The notes under the pieces were generated by a model. It was not told the DNA's origin and did no database searches. It was given only the letters and a program-made list of their open reading frames with translations. The position numbers were made by a program, and so were the translations under genes. This document shows positions 59,095-64,000 of a stretch of 64,000 nucleotides of DNA, in pieces; within the stretch, counting starts at the first letter, position 1; every line of letters starts with the position of its first letter. The DNA is from Candidatus Proelusimicrobium tauri (lineage in GTDB: Bacteria > Elusimicrobiota > Elusimicrobia > Elusimicrobiales > Elusimicrobiaceae), in assembly GCA_002311025.1 (NCBI GenBank), contig DBYY01000006.1:6112-70111 (forward strand). Reading direction: 5' to 3'.

Positions 59095-59110
59095 AAATTA
59101 TTTAGCCGAT

Positions 59111-59415
59111 TTTTTATACAAAAAGTGCTGGAAAAATGGGAACTTTTTTGTTTTGAAAAAATTTTTTAAGCTATATTTATGATCAACTGTTCTATTTATA
59201 GGTTATTCTCGAATACACCGACGGTGTCTTAGACGAAGAAAACGCTATTTTTTTATACAAAAAATGCTGGAAAAATGGGAACTTTTTTGTTTTGAAAAAA
59301 TTTTTTTAAGCTATATTTATGATCAATTGTTCTATTTATAGGTTATTCTTGAATCTACCGACGGTGTCTTAGACGAATACACGCCTCTTTTTTCATACAA
59401 AAAGTGCTGAAACTT
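59111..59415 (+). repeat. Tandem array of the 140-bp unit (partial B, full C, diverged D)
   Basis: B spans 59111-59200, C 59201-59340, and D 59341 to about 59415. C encodes VILEYTDGVLDEENAIFLYKKCWKNGNFFVLKKFF* and D encodes VILESTDGVLDEYTPLFSYKKC*. Confidence 0.9.
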
Positions 59416-59600
59416 GGGCGATATTCCGTCTGAAATTATCAAAAATAGGTACTTGCTAGCGAGCGTTTAAATCGCATGTTGGCAAAAAGCCCCACATTCA
59501 AAACGTGAGGCGATTTCATGCTGTTTAGCCGGGAACAGGCCACCCAGCTTAAGAAGTAGCCTTGTGTGCACTTTTCTGCGAATGTAGTTTTACGGTTTAG

Positions 59601-60491
59601 TTAATATCTTATTTTGAAGTAATCAAGAATAGTTTTAAACCTATCTTGAGCGGTTAAGCAAGTATCTCTAAGACGTTCTTTGTTTTTGGGCCACTCCTGT
59701 AAACCCTTGTAGTAGAACATTTTTAAGTCATCTGAAATTATGAAAGGCACGATGCCGGTTTTTAAGCATTCTTTGAATAGAAGTAATCTGCCTATGCGGC
59801 CATTACCGTCTTGAAAAGGGTGAATGGCTTCAAACTTATGATGGAAATCAAGCAAGTCGTCAAAAGTTTTGTTTTCTAAGTTGTTATAAGTGCTTAATAA
59901 ATGTCTTATTTCCTTTGCCACCTGCTCGGGTTTTGTTGTTTCGTGGCCGCCGACCTCATTTGGCAGTTTTTTATAATCGCCTACGGTAAACCAATCTTTA
60001 CGGCTATCGGTAGTTCCGTTTTTTAGGGTTTTATGCAGTTCTTTTATAAACCTTTCGCTTATTTTACAATTGGCGTTATCAATAATCATATCAATACACT
60101 TGAAGTGATTCGCTGTTTCGATAACATCATCTATTTTGACTCCGTTACTTTCAACTCCAAGAGTATTTGTTTCAAAAATAAGGCGTGTTTGGTCTTCCGT
60201 TAATTTACTGCCTTCGATATGGTTAGAATTATAAGTTAAATCAACCTGTATTTTGTGATATATTCCACCATGTAATTTGGAAGATTTTTCTGCTTTAATA
60301 ATTTCAAATAAAGTAGTAGGGATATTTTTATGTTTATTACTTCTTTCCGGTTTAGTGGCATTTTCGGGTATTTGCCAAGTTTTGCCGCTTAAAACGGCCC
60401 CTTGTATTTGCCCGTTAGCACAATAATTGCGGACACTCCTCTCGGAGCGTTTCCACATTTTTGCAATTTGGGCTACTGAAAGATATTTCAT
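59601..60491 (-). CDS. Fic-domain protein with N-terminal HTH
   Basis: Fic motif HPFQDGNGRIGRLL and an N-terminal MerR/excisionase-like HTH (LSVAQIAKMWKRSERSVRNYC). Confidence 0.85.
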   Translation of the reverse strand: MKYLSVAQIAKMWKRSERSVRNYCANGQIQGAVLSGKTWQIPENATKPERSNKHKNIPTTLFEIIKAEKSSKLHGGIYHKIQVDLTYNSNHIEGSKLTEDQTRLIFETNTLGVESNGVKIDDVIETANHFKCIDMIIDNANCKISERFIKELHKTLKNGTTDSRKDWFTVGDYKKLPNEVGGHETTKPEQVAKEIRHLLSTYNNLENKTFDDLLDFHHKFEAIHPFQDGNGRIGRLLLFKECLKTGIVPFIISDDLKMFYYKGLQEWPKNKERLRDTCLTAQDRFKTILDYFKIRY

Positions 60492-60613
60492 ATTTTACTC
60501 CCTTTATTAAATGATAATAGATTATCGGCAAAAAGTCAAGGGTTATTTGTCAAATAAATTTAGAATTTTGCCGATAAATTGAATTGTATAGGGAAACGGC
60601 AAGGAGAACTATA

Positions 60614-61726
60614 TTATTTCTTCACAAACTCGCTAAAATCTGATGTTAGTCGAAGGCATGCTTTGTTAGGACCGCAAACCGTTTTGGATTCAATATGCAA
60701 AGTCGGCTTAACTTGCGAGGTAGGTTCGGTGTGTTTCGGCAATTTAATAACCGCGTTCTGAAGATGCGCAGGGGCTAAATGGGCATAAATTTCGGTCATT
60801 TTGATACTCCTGTGTCCTAACAATTTAGATACCATATAAAGTTCAACACCGTTTTGCACAAGTTGGCTAGCAAAAGTGTGACGCAGTTTATGCATAAAAC
60901 TCGGGACATTGGCTTTTTGGACCATTCTTCGGTACATGGTCGTTAGAGTGCCTGTGTTGCGCGTAGGCCCCAGGGTTATTACAAACTTGTTTTGTGCCGC
61001 AATTTTAGCCCTTTGTAAAGCCTTGCTTAGGGCTTCTGTCATAGGCACATAGCGGAAATATTCCGTCTTGTTTGGGGCAATATAAAGTTGATTGTTTTGA
61101 AAATCTACATCTTCCCATTTGAGTTGCATTATTTCGCCGCGGCGTAGCCCTGCATCAGCACCGAGGAGAACAATTATCCGCCATTTTTCGTCTGGGCAGG
61201 CGGCCAAAATTTTATCAATTTCTTCCGGAGTATGAAATACCACTCTGCCGCGAGGTGCTTTAAGTCTGGTTACGACACTCCACTCTTGCTTGTGGATAAG
61301 TTGCCATTTTTCGCCCAAGTGCATAGCGATTTTCATCCGTTGCACCAAACCGTTTATATGAGAGTTACTGCACCCTTTTTTGATAAGATGTTGCTTATAT
61401 TTTTGTAATAATTCAGGCGTAACATCTTGTAAAAACCGTGGTTTCTTTACTTCCTCAAAATACCGGATAGCGAGTTCCATATGGTTTATAGTGCATTGTG
61501 ACCTTTCAACCGACATAAAGTAGAACAGTTTATCTTTGAAAGTTTGCCAAGTTATATGGATGTGTATTTTTTCTTTAATAGCATTTCTGCGCCGGATAAT
61601 TTCGTCATATTTCATACGCGCAACACGCATATTTTTAGTTTGCAACGAAACGCATCTTCTGATACCCGAGATATCTCTGTATTCCGCGTAATAATACGGA
61701 GATTTAGTAGTTTTTCTGATACCCAT
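60614..61726 (-). CDS. Tyrosine recombinase / phage-type integrase
   Basis: AGLRRGE, HKLRHTFAS and LGHRSIKMTEIYAHL, with an aaggaggg RBS. Confidence 0.9.
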   Translation of the reverse strand: MGIRKTTKSPYYYAEYRDISGIRRCVSLQTKNMRVARMKYDEIIRRRNAIKEKIHIHITWQTFKDKLFYFMSVERSQCTINHMELAIRYFEEVKKPRFLQDVTPELLQKYKQHLIKKGCSNSHINGLVQRMKIAMHLGEKWQLIHKQEWSVVTRLKAPRGRVVFHTPEEIDKILAACPDEKWRIIVLLGADAGLRRGEIMQLKWEDVDFQNNQLYIAPNKTEYFRYVPMTEALSKALQRAKIAAQNKFVITLGPTRNTGTLTTMYRRMVQKANVPSFMHKLRHTFASQLVQNGVELYMVSKLLGHRSIKMTEIYAHLAPAHLQNAVIKLPKHTEPTSQVKPTLHIESKTVCGPNKACLRLTSDFSEFVKK

Positions 61727-61736
61727 AATTCCCTCC

Positions 61737-62090
61737 TTAACTGTTATGTTTTTGGTTTGCCTGGTTATGCAGGGGGATTTCTTCGCCTTTTCTTACTTCG
61801 GCATGATCGGATAAAAGGTATCCTTTAACTTTCCAACACTTAATAGTGCGCTTGTTGCAGTTGATTTCATACCAATAATCTAAGTCGGTGTGAATTACGT
61901 ATGAAATTTCATACTCTTCGTTTTTATCTTTTATTAGGTTATTGACCAGTATACTACCGTTCCAGGACTTGAGTGTTTGCTGTCTTTTTATCAAGTCCGC
62001 GCCGACGCCCTCCGGATATCCGTCGTGATGATGATAAAGCAAAATTTCTCTATCCAAGAATTTAACTTGTATTTGGCATCTTGTACTCAT
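61737..62090 (-). CDS. Hypothetical protein
   Basis: aaggaga RBS before ATG 62090. MSTRCQIQVKF…LLYHHHDGYPEG…. No family was recognised. Confidence 0.55.
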   Translation of the reverse strand: MSTRCQIQVKFLDREILLYHHHDGYPEGVGADLIKRQQTLKSWNGSILVNNLIKDKNEEYEISYVIHTDLDYWYEINCNKRTIKCWKVKGYLLSDHAEVRKGEEIPLHNQANQKHNS

Positions 62091-62292
62091 AACTTTCTCC
62101 TTGATATTATGTTTTTGTATGCATAGCGGGGGCATCTTTTAAAGTACTTTTTAGGTTCTTTTTGAGAAGTGTCTCCCGTCTAGCATCATGAACATATTAA
62201 CTCTTCTTCGTAGTACTATCAAGTCATTTTTGATTGTATTTGGGGCAATAAATTTATGTAAAGTATTTTTTACATTTAATAGTAAAATATAC

Positions 62293-62321
62293 TTGACATT
62301 TTGCTATTCATTTGTTATACT
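62293..62321 (+). promoter_or_regulatory. Near-consensus sigma70 promoter of the TA operon
   Basis: TTGACA, a 17-nt spacer, then TGtTATACT. The inverted repeat atgtaaa/tttacat lies just upstream. Confidence 0.6.
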
Positions 62322-62350
62322 ATTAATGTAGTTTGGAGGAAAATGAAAAA

Positions 62351-63112
62351 ATGAATATTATAAAACATTTGAGGGAAAAAGTGGGATATTCTCAGCAAGA
62401 ATTAGCTGACATAATTAAGGTTAGTAGACAGACCATAATTAATTATGAAAATGGTCAAATACCTTCTGCTCAAAACGTGCAGAAATTGGCTAAAGCATTT
62501 GATGTGTCAGAAAGTGATATTTTAAATGGGCACCTACCTGTAGAACCTTCTTATGAAATTATACCTGCCAAAGCACAAAAAAATGAACAACAAATGCGTA
62601 TTAGTATTCCCCAAGAGAATATAACTAAATTTAAAGAGGTGTTTTTATATATTATTAACAAAATCGGGTCTAAATATAATGTCGGACAAACAGTGCTTTA
62701 TAAAATTCTTTATTTTATTGATTTTGATTACTATGAAAAGTATGAAGAACAACTAATAGGCGCTAAGTATATTAAAAACACATATGGTCCGACTCCTGTA
62801 GATTTTGCTAAAATTGTGCGTGAAATGCTAAAAAATGGTGATTGCGTTGAAGTGAAACGTAAATGTTTTAAGCATGATCAAACCAAATATTTACCTATTA
62901 GGGAAGCTGATATATCTTGTCTATCGGCCAAAGAGTTAGAACATATTAACTACACAATGAAAAAATATGCTAATTGGTCTGCAAAAGAATTATCTGATTA
63001 TTCACACAAAGATGTGCCATGGCTAGCTGCTGAAGATAGAGGTGTTATTGATTATGAGGCGGTATTTTACCGCACACCAGAGACTTCTGTTAGAGAATAC
63101 ACAAATGATTAA
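62351..63112 (+). CDS. XRE-HTH + DUF4065 (Panacea/SocA-like) antitoxin
   Basis: HTH segment GYSQQELADIIKVSRQTIINYENG. The C-terminal segment VLYKILYFIDFDYYEKYEEQLIGAKYIKNTYGPTPV is typical of DUF4065. Confidence 0.75.
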   Translation: MNIIKHLREKVGYSQQELADIIKVSRQTIINYENGQIPSAQNVQKLAKAFDVSESDILNGHLPVEPSYEIIPAKAQKNEQQMRISIPQENITKFKEVFLYIINKIGSKYNVGQTVLYKILYFIDFDYYEKYEEQLIGAKYIKNTYGPTPVDFAKIVREMLKNGDCVEVKRKCFKHDQTKYLPIREADISCLSAKELEHINYTMKKYANWSAKELSDYSHKDVPWLAAEDRGVIDYEAVFYRTPETSVREYTND

Positions 63113-63479
63113 TTATGAAGCAATAACAACTTTCGAGCGCGAATTTAAACGATTATTAAAAAAATATCCTTCATTAGAAGGGGATTTCACTACATTGCGC
63201 AAGACGGTTGTGGAATTAGTTCATACTAAACATGTTTCTCTTCCGTATGTAGTGCGTATAGAAGGATTGTGTGCTAATGATGGACAATATATGGCCATGA
63301 AAGTGCGTAAATTTTCTTGCCGCTCATTAAAAGGAAAAGGGTCTAATACCGGTTTACGTTTAATTTATGTTTTTGAACCTTCTAAGAAAAAAGTTACATT
63401 TTTAGAGATATATTGCAAGGCTGATAAGGCAAATGAAGATAGAGAAAGAATAAAAGAATTTATCAAAAAGCTGAAATAA
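63105..63479 (+). CDS. RelE/ParE-superfamily toxin
   Basis: An 8-nt overlap with the antitoxin gene. FEREFKRLLKKYP…GLRLIYVFEPSKKKVTFLEIY. Confidence 0.7.
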   Translation: MINYEAITTFEREFKRLLKKYPSLEGDFTTLRKTVVELVHTKHVSLPYVVRIEGLCANDGQYMAMKVRKFSCRSLKGKGSNTGLRLIYVFEPSKKKVTFLEIYCKADKANEDRERIKEFIKKLK

Positions 63480-63545
63480 AAGATATGTGTTAAATACCAA
63501 ACATAAAGGTCGAGACGCGAGACGAAATTTTATAAGGAGTAAAAA

Positions 63546-63656
63546 ATGGCTAAAAGCAGTAAAACTACAAACTACAGAAGTGCAATAACTGGTAGATTTG
63601 TTACATCAAAATATGCAAATAAGCATCCCAGTACGACTGTAAAAGAAAGAAATTAA
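63546..63656 (+). CDS. Unlisted 36-aa basic ORF
   Basis: aaggag RBS. MAKSSKTTNYRSAITGRFVTSKYANKHPSTTVKERN*, followed by the hairpin tttagggg…cccctaaa. Confidence 0.5.
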   Translation: MAKSSKTTNYRSAITGRFVTSKYANKHPSTTVKERN

Positions 63657-63730
63657 AACATTTAGGGGACATATAATTATGGCCCCTAAATTTGACAAAC
63701 TTAATTTATATATTTACAAGAGAGATTTTT

Positions 63731-64000
63731 ATGGATAATACCACAAAACAAAAACTTTGGAAAACAGCAGACCAACTCCGTTCAAATATGGATGCTGCTG
63801 AATATAAACACGTCGTTTTAGGTTTAATTTTTTTGAAATATATTTCAGATTCTTTTTCTTCCACATACAAAAAAATGCAGGAAGATGATTATTACAAAAC
63901 AAACCCACAATATATAGATGCAGACATCCGCGATTATTTCACAGAACATAACACCTTTTGGGTGCCGGAAATTGCCCGTTGGGAGTTTCTGCGTAATAAT
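63731..64000 (+). CDS. hsdM: Type I restriction-modification methyltransferase subunit (N-terminal part, runs off-window)
   Basis: LWKTADQLRSNMDAAEYKHVVLGLIFLKYISDSF is the canonical HsdM N-terminus. Confidence 0.85.
   Translation, partial: MDNTTKQKLWKTADQLRSNMDAAEYKHVVLGLIFLKYISDSFSSTYKKMQEDDYYKTNPQYIDADIRDYFTEHNTFWVPEIARWEFLRNN

Larger units (their letters stand above)
59601..64000. mobile_element. Integrase-associated accessory/defence island (right end off-window)
   Basis: It contains Fic, a tyrosine integrase, a TA pair and Type I R-M hsdM. The left edge abuts the tandem repeat array. Confidence 0.5.

Noticed and set aside
32532-59100. Searched the fragment-rich accessory region for transposases, IS inverted repeats, TnpB/IscB or group II intron RT that could explain the rearrangements.
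   Set aside because: No ORF with DDE, HUH, serine or tyrosine recombinase or RT motifs was seen between 32.5 and 59.6 kb. The only recombinase in the window is the integrase at 60614-61726.
57421-59415. Considered whether the 140-bp repeats are a CRISPR array or integron attC sites.
   Set aside because: The units abut each other with no unique spacers, and at 140 bp they are far too long for CRISPR repeats. They also lack the imperfect internal inverted symmetry of attC. The nearby integrase faces away, with no attI-like arrangement and no cassette ORFs between units.
59416-59600. GC-richer stretch downstream of Fic with a minus-frame reading …LLLKLGGLFPAKQHEIASRFECGAFCQHAI*. I also checked it for SRP, tmRNA or tRNA features as a possible integrase target.
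   Set aside because: No tRNA cloverleaf, tmRNA ends or SRP domain IV motif could be drawn. The coding-like frame is short and unanchored. It is probably a gene remnant, but I cannot support a call.

Overview
This is an AT-rich window (about 35-40% GC by eye, not computed) from a diderm bacterium, judging by KdsD, OM beta-barrels, an Omp85/POTRA protein and two Pmp-repeat autotransporters. I cannot assign a taxon; genetic code 11 fits. No rRNA, CRISPR array or transposase was seen.

The left half (1-32.5 kb) is mostly housekeeping:
- a 5'-truncated ABC-F ATPase
- two tandem M24 Xaa-Pro peptidases followed by efp
- an NfeD / 42-aa microprotein / SPFH / SPFH operon
- a fused queuosine+folate operon, queD-queE-folE-folP-(PTPS-III-like)-folK, with no folB
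- tRNA-Ser, tRNA-Met(CAT) and tRNA-Val
- MATE, KdsD, PreA-like, VanX-like, RsmF-like and DUF2207 genes

The right half (32.5-64 kb) looks accessory and heavily rearranged:
- a Vat-type acetyltransferase, an aquaporin and redox/flavoprotein genes
- many orphan gene fragments: two cstA 3' ends, a permease 5' end, a DUF362 3' end and a gpx 5' end
- a 140-bp repeat family carrying a 35-codon gene tail
- three frameshifted genes
- a partial integrase island holding Fic, a Panacea-RelE TA pair and Type I R-M hsdM

Most unusual observations:
1. A 2036-aa autotransporter continues for 178 aa past its beta-barrel into a repeat-rich tail ending in a TM helix and basic anchor. It could be an OM-to-IM tether. 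Its signal peptide is out of frame with its ATG across an A7 tract.
2. A DUF2207-type membrane module is fused to a macro domain and sits beside a full DUF2207 paralog.
3. Copies of the cstA 3' end share one breakpoint, suggesting serial site-specific insertions.
4. A roughly 300-nt stem-rich non-coding segment could not be assigned to any RNA class.

Two of the frameshifts are both fixed by A7->A8, so sequencing error is a live alternative. All family calls come from motif recognition by eye, not from searches.
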